64,000 nt of DNA from Clostridia bacterium. GTDB taxonomy: Bacteria > Bacillota > Clostridia > JAAYHZ01. The stretch is taken from assembly GCA_050950825.1 (NCBI GenBank), contig JBMNIH010000010.1, positions 64,001-128,000 on the forward strand, given 5' to 3'. Below are positions 30,659 through 40,784 of this stretch, in pieces. Each line of letters opens with the position of its first letter. Position 1 is the first letter of the stretch. A program made the translations under genes and the position numbers. The notes under the pieces were generated by a model, which saw only the letters and a program-made list of their open reading frames with translations, made no database searches and was not told the DNA's origin.

Positions 30659-31735
30659 TTATTTTTTATATTTCTTTGTATAAAAAGGCATACTCACCTT
30701 TTTTGCACCTGCCGGCTTATTCCGGATCATAACCTCAAAGCCTTCTTCGGAATACTCTTTCTTGTCCACGATGCACATGGCATAAACGCCGTTTAAAGAA
30801 GGACAAAAACCTCCCGACGTTACCTTTCCCACCTCTTGACGGTTATAATACACCGGGTACCCGGTTCGAGGTATCGCCTTGCCGTCCATTTTCAATCCGA
30901 TTAGCATTCTTTTCGCTTCCCCGAAAGCCTTTTTCCCTAAAAAGTCCCCTTTTTCCATATGAACGAATCTCGAAAGGTTCGCTTCAAAGGGCGTAACGGT
31001 TTCGTCCAATTCCTGTCCGTAAAGAGGCAAGCAGGCTTCAAAGCGCAGCGTGTCTCTTGCTCCTAAACCGATGGGTTTTACAAGGGGATTTTCCAAAAGG
31101 GAAGTCCAAAGAGATGCGGCATCCGAAGGCCGGCAATAGATTTCAAAGCCGTCCTCTCCGGTATATCCCGTACGAGAGATCAGACAAGGAACGTTTTTTA
31201 CTTTAACGTCGGTTTTAAAACGGAAGAATTTTAGTTGGGAAAGATCAAAATCACAAAGAGGCTGTAATACTTGTTGACTTTTAGGGCCTTGTACGGCGAT
31301 TTGTGCATATTCCGAGGATTTGTTTTCCACGATGACATCAAATCCTTCTTTAACGGAACAAAGCTTTTCGAAATCCTTTTCCGTATTGGAGGCATTGACC
31401 ACCAGTAAAAATTCCGAAGGACCGATTCCGTAAACGATCAAGTCGTCAACGATTTTTCCTTCTTCATTGCACAAAATCGCATACACCGCTTTTTGACCGG
31501 CATAAGAATCTTTCACGTCGGCAGTCAAAGCATACTGTAAAAATTCCAATGCTTGGGGGCCTTTTACGATGATTTCCCCCATATGGGAAACGTCAAAGAT
31601 TCCTACATTGCTTCTTACATGGAGATGTTCATTGACAATTCCTTCGAACTGAACGGGCAGCTCCCATCCGTGAAAATCCGTCATCCTTCCACCTAAAGAC
31701 TTATGCAAATCGTACAAAACTGTTCTCATATCCAT
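30659..31735 (-). CDS. gcvT: Aminomethyltransferase (T protein)
   Basis: FDVSHMGE, SRTGYTGEDGFE and GLGARDTLR motifs. Confidence 0.95.
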   Translation of the reverse strand: MDMRTVLYDLHKSLGGRMTDFHGWELPVQFEGIVNEHLHVRSNVGIFDVSHMGEIIVKGPQALEFLQYALTADVKDSYAGQKAVYAILCNEEGKIVDDLIVYGIGPSEFLLVVNASNTEKDFEKLCSVKEGFDVIVENKSSEYAQIAVQGPKSQQVLQPLCDFDLSQLKFFRFKTDVKVKNVPCLISRTGYTGEDGFEIYCRPSDAASLWTSLLENPLVKPIGLGARDTLRFEACLPLYGQELDETVTPFEANLSRFVHMEKGDFLGKKAFGEAKRMLIGLKMDGKAIPRTGYPVYYNRQEVGKVTSGGFCPSLNGVYAMCIVDKKEYSEEGFEVMIRNKPAGAKKVSMPFYTKKYKK

Positions 31736-31762
31736 AAACCCTTTCGAATATTTTATGCTAAT

Positions 31763-31801
31763 AAAAAAAACAAGAAAAACAACGCCGTCATTTTCCCTGT
31801 T
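31763..31801 (-). terminator. Riboswitch-controlled terminator
   Basis: AACAGGGAAAATGAC-ggc-GTTGTTTTTCTTGTT (G-U rich stem) plus T-tract. Its 5' arm overlaps the closing strand of aptamer 2, as expected for an ON switch. Confidence 0.75.
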
Positions 31802-31978
31802 CCCTTACCTGAGAGTTTCTATTGAACAATATTGCTCCTTCGGTGCTTTTCGCTTTTCAGAGTGTTGTCCGGATTCGGTCCTTTTGCCTGAAAGATTCAT
31901 CCTCCGCCGACTTGACTTACGGAAGACTTGCTTCTTCGGCTTCCGCATAAACGGGAAATCTCCCGATATCCATCATCC
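31795..31978 (-). ncRNA. Tandem glycine riboswitch
   Basis: Aptamer 1: GGGAGA...GCCGAAGAAGCAA...TCTTTCAGGCAAAAGGAC. Aptamer 2: CTCTGAAAAG...CACCGAAGGAGCAA...AACTCTCAGGTAAGGGAACAG. Located in the gcvT leader. Confidence 0.92.
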
Positions 31979-32002
31979 ACAGTATTCACTTTTTCAATTT
32001 CC

Positions 32003-32031
32003 AGTATATGCGAATGATAGGAAAATGTCAA
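32003..32031 (-). promoter_or_regulatory. SigA promoter of the gcv operon
   Basis: TTGACA-17 nt-TATACT. Confidence 0.8.
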
Positions 32032-32038
32032 CAATCGG

Positions 32039-33292
32039 TTAGGGCAATTCCTGACAAACCCTATCCAAAACATAGCGGATCAAATCCTCTTTTTTGTTTT
32101 TTACGCGACCTTCGATGACCTCGTCGACCAACCGGTCCAAGGTTTTTCCGATTCGAATCCCTTCCTCGATTCCTATTTCCTTCAAATCGTTTCCGTTTAC
32201 CTTAAGCGAAGAAACGGACCAGCAGTAATCCCCGGAAAGAATACGATATGCCGTATTACGGCAGTCTTCTATAAGCTTTAATTGTTCACAGCCTGCATTT
32301 AGTCCTTTTAGGCGAGCCTCTTTGACATCTAATATTTTCATATACATGGAAGGAGAAAGTCTCTTAAAATGCTTTAAAACGCTTTCTAAACCGTTTTCTA
32401 ACCTCAAGGAAGCGTTTTCAACCAGAAAACAAGTTTTTTGAAGGGTATCTTTGTCATACTTTAAATCCTGCAGCGTTCTTTTTGCAAAAAGAGCGCTTTC
32501 CGAGGGATTTTCTTTCGTATCGGAAAATAACAGGGCAAGCCTTACGACCAAATCCTTCGGCGCGCTTATCATACTTTTCGGTATGTCGTTTCTTTCGGAA
32601 ATTTTGCATTCCGGAACAAGGAGATCAAAAATATCGGAAAACTCCGTCAAAACCTCGGCAACGAAATCTCCCAATAGCAGCTTGTTAAACTCATTTACGA
32701 TTCTTTCCGCCGAAATTTTTAAAAGCAAGGACTTGTATTGATGAGCGGCTTTTTTCGTATTTTCTTCGATGAAATAGGATAGAACCGATGAAAACCGAAG
32801 CGCTCGCAAAATCCGCAAAGCGTCTTCCGTAAACCGCTTGCTCGGATCTCCCACGCAGCGGATGGTCTTTTTCTCTAAATCCGCCAAGCCTCCGAAAAAA
32901 TCCGCCAATCCTTTTGTAGGATGATAAGCCATGGCATTGATCGTAAAATCCCTTCGGCTTAAATCCTCTTTTAAGCTGTCGGTAAAAGAAACTCGATCCG
33001 GCCTTCGGTAATCCGAATATTCGGAATCCGTGCGGTAAGCGGTAATTTGAATGTCCATATCGGGAAATACCGCGGTAACGGTTCCGAATCGGATGCCTGT
33101 ATCCACCGTCGTAAAATCCGAAAAACAATCCTTGATTTCATCCGGCTTTGCATCGGTACAGACATCCCAATCGTAAGGCTCTTTTCCAAGGAGGGAGTCT
33201 CGTACGCAGCCTCCTACGATATAGGCTTCAAAGCCTTTTTGCTCCAATCGATTCAACACAAAGGAAACGGAATTCGGAAGCCGTATATCCAT
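32039..33292 (-). CDS. cca: CCA-adding tRNA nucleotidyltransferase
   Basis: VGGCVRD, DWDVCT, RRDFTINAMA and EDALRILR motifs. Confidence 0.9.
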   Translation of the reverse strand: MDIRLPNSVSFVLNRLEQKGFEAYIVGGCVRDSLLGKEPYDWDVCTDAKPDEIKDCFSDFTTVDTGIRFGTVTAVFPDMDIQITAYRTDSEYSDYRRPDRVSFTDSLKEDLSRRDFTINAMAYHPTKGLADFFGGLADLEKKTIRCVGDPSKRFTEDALRILRALRFSSVLSYFIEENTKKAAHQYKSLLLKISAERIVNEFNKLLLGDFVAEVLTEFSDIFDLLVPECKISERNDIPKSMISAPKDLVVRLALLFSDTKENPSESALFAKRTLQDLKYDKDTLQKTCFLVENASLRLENGLESVLKHFKRLSPSMYMKILDVKEARLKGLNAGCEQLKLIEDCRNTAYRILSGDYCWSVSSLKVNGNDLKEIGIEEGIRIGKTLDRLVDEVIEGRVKNKKEDLIRYVLDRVCQELP

Positions 33293-33306
33293 AAAACAAC
33301 ATTCCT

Positions 33307-34455
33307 TTACGAATGATAATCCTCCGGTCGTTCTTTTAAAATGTCGAATTCATATAATATTGCGTCAACAATGCGCTTTGATGCGTTTCCGTCTCCGTAA
33401 GGATTGCAAGCTCTGGCCATTCGGTCGTAAACCTTTTCGTCCTCCATCAGTTCGGCGATCATGCTTGCGATGACCTCGCGATCGGTTCCGGCAAGCTTTA
33501 CGGTACCGGCTTGCACCGCTTCTTGCCTTTCCGTTTCATTTCTTAAAACCAACACCGGTTTTCCCAAAGCGGGACCCTCCTCCTGCAGTCCTCCGGAGTC
33601 CGTTACGATCATATAGGATCGCGCCATTAAATTGTGCATGTCCCAAAGACCTAAAGGATCGATTAAATGAATGCGTTCGTGGCGCAGGGTCGGGTATACG
33701 ATTTCCCTTACGGCCGGGTTCATATGAACGGCATAAATTACTTCCGCATCGTCAAAACGCTCCACCGTATCCAATAGAGCATTGCAAATATTCACCAACG
33801 GCTGTCCTATATTTTCTCTTCGGTGAGCCGTAACGGAGATGACTCTTTTATTGGAAAAATCATAGTTTTGTAAAAACGAATCTTGGAATTGATAATCCGG
33901 CTTTACGGAATTTTTTACAACGTCGATGGATGTGTTCCCGGTAATATAGATATGCTCCGGACCGATTCCTTCTCGAAGCAAATTGTTCTTGTTTTCCCGT
34001 GTGGGTGCAAAATGCAAATCCGCTAATCGCCCGGTTAAAACGCGATTCATTTCTTCAGGGAAAGGAAGGTATTTGTCGAAAGATCGAAGCCCCGCTTCCA
34101 CGTGACCGCAAGGGACTTTTCCGTAGAAAGAAGCCAATGCACAAGAAAGGCATGTGTTGGTATCCCCGTGAACCAAGGTTAAATCCGGTTTTTCTGCAAG
34201 CAGCACTTCCTTGAAGCCCTTTAAAATGTCCGCCGTAACCGATTCAAGGGATTGTCGGGGCTTCATAACCTGCAAATCGTAATCCGGTTTGATGCCGAAC
34301 GCTTCAAGCACCTGGTCCAACATCTCCTTATGCTGACCGGTGCTGCAAACTACAAGGTCTATATACTCGCATTCTCTCAGTGCCCGGATCAGCGGCGCCA
34401 TTTTAATGGCATCCGGCCGCGTTCCGAAAACAGGTAGTACTTTAATTTTCCTCAT
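33307..34455 (-). CDS. wecB: UDP-N-acetylglucosamine 2-epimerase (non-hydrolysing)
   Basis: FGTRPDAIKMAP, HVEAGLRS and TDSGGLQEE motifs. Start is 34455 or 34461, after SD AAAGGCGG. Confidence 0.93.
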   Translation of the reverse strand: MRKIKVLPVFGTRPDAIKMAPLIRALRECEYIDLVVCSTGQHKEMLDQVLEAFGIKPDYDLQVMKPRQSLESVTADILKGFKEVLLAEKPDLTLVHGDTNTCLSCALASFYGKVPCGHVEAGLRSFDKYLPFPEEMNRVLTGRLADLHFAPTRENKNNLLREGIGPEHIYITGNTSIDVVKNSVKPDYQFQDSFLQNYDFSNKRVISVTAHRRENIGQPLVNICNALLDTVERFDDAEVIYAVHMNPAVREIVYPTLRHERIHLIDPLGLWDMHNLMARSYMIVTDSGGLQEEGPALGKPVLVLRNETERQEAVQAGTVKLAGTDREVIASMIAELMEDEKVYDRMARACNPYGDGNASKRIVDAILYEFDILKERPEDYHS

Positions 34456-34468
34456 CTTCATACCGCCT

Positions 34469-35650
34469 TTACATGATTTGATTTTCGTCTTGGGAAGGAT
34501 TCTCCGGGTTTTGTTCAAGCTCTTCCGTACCGTTAAAGCTATTCGTCGTCGTTGCCCCGTCCTTTTGATTTTCTGCCGACAAGCGCATCTTTTCGGCGAA
34601 CTCTTTCATATATCGAATGCCGATAAAGATAACAACAAAGATAACAATCAACAAATACGCACCGTATTTAAGCCGATCGGCGGCTAAGGCCACGGCGCAG
34701 ATGCCGAAGGCGGCACTGGCCACATAAAGCGTCAGCACGCTCCATCTTTGGCTTAATCCCATGTCAATCAAACGGTGGTGCAAATGAGCTCGGTCTCTTT
34801 TGGCAATGGCCTTGCCGTTTTTTAATCTGCGGAAAAAAGCAAAGACGGCATCGAATAGCGGAATGGCCAATATGAGTACCGGCAAAACTATGGAAATGGC
34901 CGCATAGGATTTTAAGGTTCCTTGTATGGTGATGATGCCTAATGTAAAGCCCAGAAAGGCGGCACCGGTTTCGCCCATAAATATTTTGGCGGGATTCATG
35001 TTAAAAGGTAAAAATCCCAAACAGGAACCGGCAATGGCGATGGTAATAATCGTGGTATACAGCTTCACCCCGTCGGAAATATCCGTTCGGCTTAGGGTTA
35101 CAACAAACAAGCTCAAAGAACAAATGGCCGATACCCCGGCTGCCAAACCGTCCAAGCCGTCTATCAAGTTAATGGCGTTGGTGATGGCTACAATCCAGAG
35201 AATAGCGACCAAATAGGAGATAACCGGATTCAAGTGCAGCATTTTTCCGTCGTCACTTAAAAACATGGTGACGTTTTCGATTCTCGTATTGGATATGAAA
35301 ACGGTAAAAGCCGCTGCAACGGTTTGAAAAATCAACTTTTGCCAAGGCTTTATACCGTAAATGTCGTCGTAGATACCGTAACCGATAACAATGATGGATC
35401 CGCCTAACATCCCTAAAACCTTTACGTTATCGTATGGGAAGGAGTTTCCGCCTAGCCAGTTGTATAATATGGCTCCCCAAAATCCCAAAAAGATGGCAAG
35501 CCCTCCGATCAAAGGTATGGGTCTTTTATGCATCCTTGTTTCGTCTTTAGGGACATCAATGGCACCTACTTTCCATGCAATTTTAGCTGCAATAGGTGTC
35601 GAAAAAAATGCCAGAACAAATGCAATCATGAAAACAAGCAAATATTCCAC
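34469..35650 (-). CDS. Undecaprenyl-phosphate GlcNAc-1-P transferase (TagO/WecA, MraY family)
   Basis: NAINLIDGLDGLA, NPAKIFMG and HLHHRL motifs. Confidence 0.9.
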   Translation of the reverse strand: MEYLLVFMIAFVLAFFSTPIAAKIAWKVGAIDVPKDETRMHKRPIPLIGGLAIFLGFWGAILYNWLGGNSFPYDNVKVLGMLGGSIIVIGYGIYDDIYGIKPWQKLIFQTVAAAFTVFISNTRIENVTMFLSDDGKMLHLNPVISYLVAILWIVAITNAINLIDGLDGLAAGVSAICSLSLFVVTLSRTDISDGVKLYTTIITIAIAGSCLGFLPFNMNPAKIFMGETGAAFLGFTLGIITIQGTLKSYAAISIVLPVLILAIPLFDAVFAFFRRLKNGKAIAKRDRAHLHHRLIDMGLSQRWSVLTLYVASAAFGICAVALAADRLKYGAYLLIVIFVVIFIGIRYMKEFAEKMRLSAENQKDGATTTNSFNGTEELEQNPENPSQDENQIM

Positions 35651-35655
35651 TTATG

Positions 35656-36117
35656 TCACCGATCTTCTTGATCCTTTCCCGTATATTTTTCGGTGGATAT
35701 GCCGGCTTCCTTCAAAAGCTCCATCGCCAAGGGATCCGGATACTCCCCTTTGTATACGATCCGCTTAATCCCGGCGTTGATAATCATTTTTGAACATAAG
35801 GAGCAAGGCTGTGTGGTTACATACAAGGTTCCGCCCTCTAGGCTGATACCGGAATAAGCCGCTTGCACGATTGCATTTTGCTCGGCATGGATGGCTCTAC
35901 ACAGCTCGTGATTTTTACCGGACGGAACATTCAATTTTTCTCTCATACAGCCTACATCGGCACAATGGGCGCATCCTACAGGAGCGCCGTTATATCCCGT
36001 CGTTAAAATGCGCTTGTCTTTAACAACCAGCGCTCCGACCTGCCTTCGAAGACATGTGGATCTTGTCTTAATAATTTCGACAATCTCCATAAAGTACTCA
36101 TCCCATGAAGGTCTCAT
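35656..36117 (-). CDS. dCMP deaminase family (ComEB-like)
   Basis: [17 protein letters not shown] and PCSLC zinc-binding motifs. Confidence 0.9.
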   Translation of the reverse strand: MRPSWDEYFMEIVEIIKTRSTCLRRQVGALVVKDKRILTTGYNGAPVGCAHCADVGCMREKLNVPSGKNHELCRAIHAEQNAIVQAAYSGISLEGGTLYVTTQPCSLCSKMIINAGIKRIVYKGEYPDPLAMELLKEAGISTEKYTGKDQEDR

Positions 36118-36138
36118 ATGTTTAGTCCTTTTTTCTTG

Positions 36139-36768
36139 TTATTTTGTTCCGAATAATCGGTCCCCTGCATCCCCTAAACCGGGTACGATATAGGCATGAT
36201 CGTTTAATTCTTCGTCTACCGCTGCGCAATAAATATCTACATCCGGATGATCGCGGTTGATACGTTCCACACCGGTTCTCGCGGCAATCAAGCATACCAA
36301 TTTGATGTTGGTAATTCCTCTGTTCTTTAAAAACCTTATTGCGGCGGAAGCGGAACCTCCGGTAGCCAGCATGGGATCCAATACCACCATGTCTCGTTCG
36401 GCGGCATCGGAGGGCAGCTTGCAGTAGTATTCCACCGGTTCCAACGTTTCCGGATCTCGGTACAAACCGATATGCCCTACCTTGGCCATAGGCAAAAGCT
36501 TCAGCATTCCGTCCACCATTCCCAGACCCGCTCTTAAAATCGGGACCAAGCCCAGCTTCTTACCGGAAATCACTTTTGCATGGGCGATACCCACAGGGGT
36601 TTCAACGTCCACTTCCTTCAAAGGCAAATCTCTTGTTACTTCGTAAGCCATTAACATGGCAACTTCGCTTACAAGCTCTCTGAATTCTTTTGTTCCCGTA
36701 TTCTTGTCTCTGAGTAATGATATTTTGTGCTGTATTAAGGGGTGATCAAACTCGAACACTCTCTGCAT
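36139..36768 (-). CDS. upp: Uracil phosphoribosyltransferase (also the C-terminal half of the fused rpiB-upp ORF)
   Basis: 209 aa from ATG 36768 with its own AGGAGG; [15 protein letters not shown] and [12 protein letters not shown] motifs. Confidence 0.93.
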   Translation of the reverse strand: MQRVFEFDHPLIQHKISLLRDKNTGTKEFRELVSEVAMLMAYEVTRDLPLKEVDVETPVGIAHAKVISGKKLGLVPILRAGLGMVDGMLKLLPMAKVGHIGLYRDPETLEPVEYYCKLPSDAAERDMVVLDPMLATGGSASAAIRFLKNRGITNIKLVCLIAARTGVERINRDHPDVDIYCAAVDEELNDHAYIVPGLGDAGDRLFGTK

Positions 36769-37269
36769 GTATTGACATCCTCCTGTTTCTTTAGATTGAT
36801 TTATGCTAGAATATAATTTATCCAATCGATTGATTTTTTCTACTCTTCTTTGATGGCGAGAATTTTCACTGTCGTCAAATGGAGTGTCCAGCCATGCTTG
36901 AACGGTTTCCACCGCCGTGTTCGGATCAATGATTCTGCCACCTAAAGCAATGACGTTGGCATTGTTATGCTCTCCGCTTAATCGGCCCATTTCGGGATTT
37001 GTGCACAATGCCGCACGAATGCCGGGGAATTTATTTGCAGCAATGGATACGCCGATACCCGTTCCACATAATAAAATGCCTTTATCGGCATCTTTTCGAA
37101 TAATGGCGCTGCATACCTTTTCTACATAATCGGGATAGTCTACGGATTCTTGATCGTCAAAGGTACCAAAGTCCAATACTTCTATATTTCTTTCTTTCAA
37201 GCAATCAATAATCGGCTGCTTTAAAACAAAACCGCCGTGATCCGCTCCTATAGCTATTCTCACTTTCAA
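36139..37269 (-). CDS. rpiB: Ribose-5-phosphate isomerase B reading in frame into Upp (376 aa fusion ORF)
   Basis: ADHGG, DYPD, CGTGIG, HNNAN and RHQRRV motifs; no stop codon before upp. Confidence 0.88.
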   Translation of the reverse strand: MKVRIAIGADHGGFVLKQPIIDCLKERNIEVLDFGTFDDQESVDYPDYVEKVCSAIIRKDADKGILLCGTGIGVSIAANKFPGIRAALCTNPEMGRLSGEHNNANVIALGGRIIDPNTAVETVQAWLDTPFDDSENSRHQRRVEKINRLDKLYSSINQSKETGGCQYMQRVFEFDHPLIQHKISLLRDKNTGTKEFRELVSEVAMLMAYEVTRDLPLKEVDVETPVGIAHAKVISGKKLGLVPILRAGLGMVDGMLKLLPMAKVGHIGLYRDPETLEPVEYYCKLPSDAAERDMVVLDPMLATGGSASAAIRFLKNRGITNIKLVCLIAARTGVERINRDHPDVDIYCAAVDEELNDHAYIVPGLGDAGDRLFGTK

Positions 37270-37354
37270 ATGATCTCCTTCAACCTTTTTTGTTATTATA
37301 ACATATCCAATTCACGCTGAAAATACCCATGATCGAAACGAAACCTTCCGATTT

Positions 37355-38392
37355 CTACAAATTCATGACGTTTTCTCCTGCCGCTTTTTTCATTCGATTC
37401 ATGATGGAAGTATACAGACCCTTGCCTTCCAGATACGTGGCATATATAACGTTGATATCGGTTTTGTCAATTTTCCTTAGAACCGAGAACAAATTCCCTG
37501 CAATCCGGGAAGCGTCCGTCATAGGACCCAAATCAAACACTCTTTTTCCTTTAAAATAGTGTGTCCATTCTTCCACGGTCAAAACGCACGCCTTTTCCCC
37601 TTCCTTTTTCTCATAAATACCGTCCACGTATTCGGATACCTTCACCGGGTCCCCTCGTAAAAGCAGCATCTTGGCTCTCGGGGCATAGTGACGGTACTTC
37701 ATTCCCGGAGCTTTCGGGATTCCGTCTTTCATGCTCGTATCGGAAGCTTGTATCGTGTCGGGATTGATAAAAGACAAATCCTCCAACGTGATAAAGCCCG
37801 GCCGCAAAATCACGGCAGGCTTTCTCGTTATATCCAGCACCGTAGATTCCAATCCGTAAACGGAATTTCCCCCGCAAAGAATTACATCCACTTTTCCGTT
37901 TAAATCGTCAATGACGTGGGAAGCCTCGGTGGTGCTGGGCCGTCCCGATAAATTGGCGCTAGGCGCCGCAATGGGAACCCCTGCTTTTTGAATCAAAAGC
38001 CGAGCAACCGCATGAGAAGGACACCGTATTCCCACGGTAGAAAGCCCTGCCGTAACCGAATCCGGAATAATCGGCTTTTTCTTCATAACCAAAGTTAAAG
38101 GACCGGGCCAAAAATGATCCATATACACTTTTGCAAGAGGGTCTTCCAAATAGACGTATTCCTCGACACGGCTCGGGTCCGACAAATGAACAATCAAGGG
38201 ATTGTCCGAAGGCCGGCCTTTGGCTTCGTATATTTTACTAGCGGCATGAATATCCAAAGCGTTGCATCCCAATCCGTATACCGTTTCGGTAGGAAAAGCC
38301 ACAAGACCGCCGTTTTTGATTACTTCGGCGGCATACCGAATAGCGGACATGTCTTTTTGAGGGTCCGTAATCTCTAAAATTTTCGTTTTCAT
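37355..38392 (-). CDS. sua5: Threonylcarbamoyl-AMP synthase, Sua5 type
   Basis: PTETVYGL, KGRPSDNPLIVH, APSANLSG and PGMKYRHYAP motifs. Confidence 0.93.
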   Translation of the reverse strand: MKTKILEITDPQKDMSAIRYAAEVIKNGGLVAFPTETVYGLGCNALDIHAASKIYEAKGRPSDNPLIVHLSDPSRVEEYVYLEDPLAKVYMDHFWPGPLTLVMKKKPIIPDSVTAGLSTVGIRCPSHAVARLLIQKAGVPIAAPSANLSGRPSTTEASHVIDDLNGKVDVILCGGNSVYGLESTVLDITRKPAVILRPGFITLEDLSFINPDTIQASDTSMKDGIPKAPGMKYRHYAPRAKMLLLRGDPVKVSEYVDGIYEKKEGEKACVLTVEEWTHYFKGKRVFDLGPMTDASRIAGNLFSVLRKIDKTDINVIYATYLEGKGLYTSIMNRMKKAAGENVMNL

Positions 38393-38397
38393 TCCGC

Positions 38398-39468
38398 TTA
38401 CAACCCGCTTTCAGCCAGCTTTTTCGCTTGATCATAAGCAATAAGAGGTTCGATTAAAGAATCCAAGTCGCCCTCCAAAATGTTCTCCAGTTGATAAACC
38501 GTAAGGCCGATGCGGTGGTCCGTCACCCGCCCTTGAGGGAAGTTGTACGTTCGAATTCTTTCGCTTCGATCTCCCGTTCCCACTTGGCTTCTTCGGTTTT
38601 CCGCCACTTCGTTGGCTTGCTCCGCTTTGGCCATGTCGTTTAGCCGGGATTTTAATATCCGAAGAGCTTTATCCTTGTTTTTATGCTGGGATCGCTGGTC
38701 TTGGCACGTGACCACCAATCCGGTAGGCAAATGGGTAATGCGAATAGCGGAGGAGGTTTTGTTAACGTGCTGTCCTCCCGCACCGGAAGAACGATAGGTA
38801 TCAATCTGCAAATCGTTGGGATTGATGTCCACCTCTACGTCCTCCACCTCCGGCATAACGGCCACGGTAACCGTGGACGTATGAATTCTTCCTCCGGACT
38901 CGGTAACCGGGATTCGCTGCACCCGATGAACTCCGCTTTCGTATTTCATCTTAGAGTAAACGCCCTTGCCCTCCAAAATGAATATGACTTCCTTAAAGCC
39001 TCCCAGTTCGTTTTCGTTGCAGTCGATCATTTCCGCCGCCCAGCCCTTGTTCTCCGCGTATCGCATATACATTCTGAAAAGGTCGGCGGCAAATAAAGCC
39101 GCTTCGTCTCCTCCGGCTCCGCCTCGTATTTCTATAATCACGTTCTTTTCGTCGTTGGGATCTTTCGGAAGCATCAAAATTTTAAGCTCGTTTTCAAGCT
39201 TTTCCTTTAATTCCTTGTTTTCATCCAACTCGGCTTGGGCAAGCTCCCGCAATTCGGGGTCCGGCTTATCCTCCAATAACTCTAAAGCTTCCCGAATATT
39301 GGTTACGACCTTCTTGTATTCATTGTATTTTTCTACGATCGGCTCTAAGTCCGATCGTTCTTTCATCAAGCGTGCATATTTATCTTGATTGGAGAGGATC
39401 GACGGATCGGTTAGCATCCGATCGATCTCTTCAAATCGATTTAAAACCGCATCAAATTTATCAAACAT
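38398..39468 (-). CDS. prfA: Peptide chain release factor 1
   Basis: PVT anticodon motif, GAGGQHVN and RTYNFPQGR. Confidence 0.97.
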   Translation of the reverse strand: MFDKFDAVLNRFEEIDRMLTDPSILSNQDKYARLMKERSDLEPIVEKYNEYKKVVTNIREALELLEDKPDPELRELAQAELDENKELKEKLENELKILMLPKDPNDEKNVIIEIRGGAGGDEAALFAADLFRMYMRYAENKGWAAEMIDCNENELGGFKEVIFILEGKGVYSKMKYESGVHRVQRIPVTESGGRIHTSTVTVAVMPEVEDVEVDINPNDLQIDTYRSSGAGGQHVNKTSSAIRITHLPTGLVVTCQDQRSQHKNKDKALRILKSRLNDMAKAEQANEVAENRRSQVGTGDRSERIRTYNFPQGRVTDHRIGLTVYQLENILEGDLDSLIEPLIAYDQAKKLAESGL

Positions 39469-39479
39469 TCAGCACCTCA

Positions 39480-40646
39480 TTAATGGTGGAACAATCTTTT
39501 TCCGGTGAACACCATCACCATTCCGTATTCGTTGCATGCTTCAATAACCAAGTCGTCTCGGATGGATCCGCCGGGCTGCACCACATATTTTACACCGGAT
39601 CGAGACGCCCTGTCTATATTATCCCGAAACGGGAAGAAAGCATCCGAACCCAATACAACATCCGTAAATTGGCTCAGCCACATCCGCTTTTCTTCGTAGG
39701 TTAACCGCTCCGGAACCTTTTCAAACATGGTTTCCCAATATTCGTTTTCCTGCTCCGTAATATGATCCCTTAAGAAGGTATCAATGGCGTTGTCCTTGTC
39801 CGCCTTTCCCAATCCTTCCTTGAATTGCAACGATAAAACCGCCGGGTGCTGCCTCAAAAGCCAAAAGTCCGCCTTGTCTCCGGCCAATCGGGTACAGTGA
39901 ATTCGGGCCTGCTGACCGGCTCCGTTTCCGATGACTTGTCCGTCGTAAACGTAGCAAACGGAATTGGACTGGGTATATTTCAAAGTAATCAAGGCCAAGA
40001 TCATATCTCTTTTCGCCGAATCCGGCAAATCCTTGTTCTTTGTAACAATATTGGTCAAATCCTTTACGGAAGGAATATCGTCGTTTCTTCTTTGTTCGAA
40101 GGTGATACCGAAAATCTGCTTCTTTTCCTGCGGAACCGGCTCATAAGAAGGATCGATTTGAATGATATTATAGCTTCCTTTCCTTTTGGACTTTAAAATC
40201 TCCAAGGCCTCGGGGGTATAGGAAGGAGCGATGATTCCGTCCGACACTTCGTTTTTCAACAGCAAAGCCGCCGATTCGTCCACCTCGTCGCTGAATGCGG
40301 CAAAGTCGCCGTAGGAAGCTACACGGTCGGCTCCTCTCGCCCGTGCATAAGCGCATGCAATCGGCGATAACTTCGCATTCGGATCAATATGATATGCCTT
40401 CTTCAAGGATTCGGTTAGCGGAAGACCCAATGCGGCACCGGCCGGGGATACGTGCTTAAAGGAGGCCGCCGCCGGAAGATTTATAGACTGTCTTAGCTCT
40501 TTGACCAATTGCCATGCATTCAGAGCGTCCATAAAGTTAATGTAGCCGGGATTTCCGTTTAATATCTTCAAGGGCATAGCTTGATTTTCGCAGTAAATGG
40601 TTGCAGGTTTTTGATGAGGATTGCATCCGTATTTTAATTCAAACAT
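39480..40646 (-). CDS. purH: AICAR formyltransferase (PurH C-terminal domain only)
   Basis: LKYGCNPHQ, SFKHVSP, KYTQSNS, SDAFFPF, QPGGS and RLFHH motifs; no IMP cyclohydrolase domain. Confidence 0.88.
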   Translation of the reverse strand: MFELKYGCNPHQKPATIYCENQAMPLKILNGNPGYINFMDALNAWQLVKELRQSINLPAAASFKHVSPAGAALGLPLTESLKKAYHIDPNAKLSPIACAYARARGADRVASYGDFAAFSDEVDESAALLLKNEVSDGIIAPSYTPEALEILKSKRKGSYNIIQIDPSYEPVPQEKKQIFGITFEQRRNDDIPSVKDLTNIVTKNKDLPDSAKRDMILALITLKYTQSNSVCYVYDGQVIGNGAGQQARIHCTRLAGDKADFWLLRQHPAVLSLQFKEGLGKADKDNAIDTFLRDHITEQENEYWETMFEKVPERLTYEEKRMWLSQFTDVVLGSDAFFPFRDNIDRASRSGVKYVVQPGGSIRDDLVIEACNEYGMVMVFTGKRLFHH

Positions 40647-40744
40647 AAGTCGCTTCTGATTTTTTCTACCTAAAAAATCAGAATTACACCGCCTTTCATT
40701 TATTTTAATATGCTTTAAATCTTCGGATATCGTTTATTTTGTTC

Positions 40745-40773
40745 ATTATATACACAATTACGCCGCCTTGCAA
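40745..40773 (-). promoter_or_regulatory. SigA promoter for purH-prfA-sua5
   Basis: TTGCAA-17 nt-TATAAT. Confidence 0.7.
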
Positions 40774-40784
40774 TGAAAATGGAA

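Noticed and set aside
31755-32042. 95-aa plus-strand ORF
   Set aside because: It lies antisense to the glycine riboswitch and its promoter.
40647-40745. ZTP (pfl) or purine riboswitch before purH
   Set aside because: The leader is short and AT-rich and lacks the conserved aptamer motifs.
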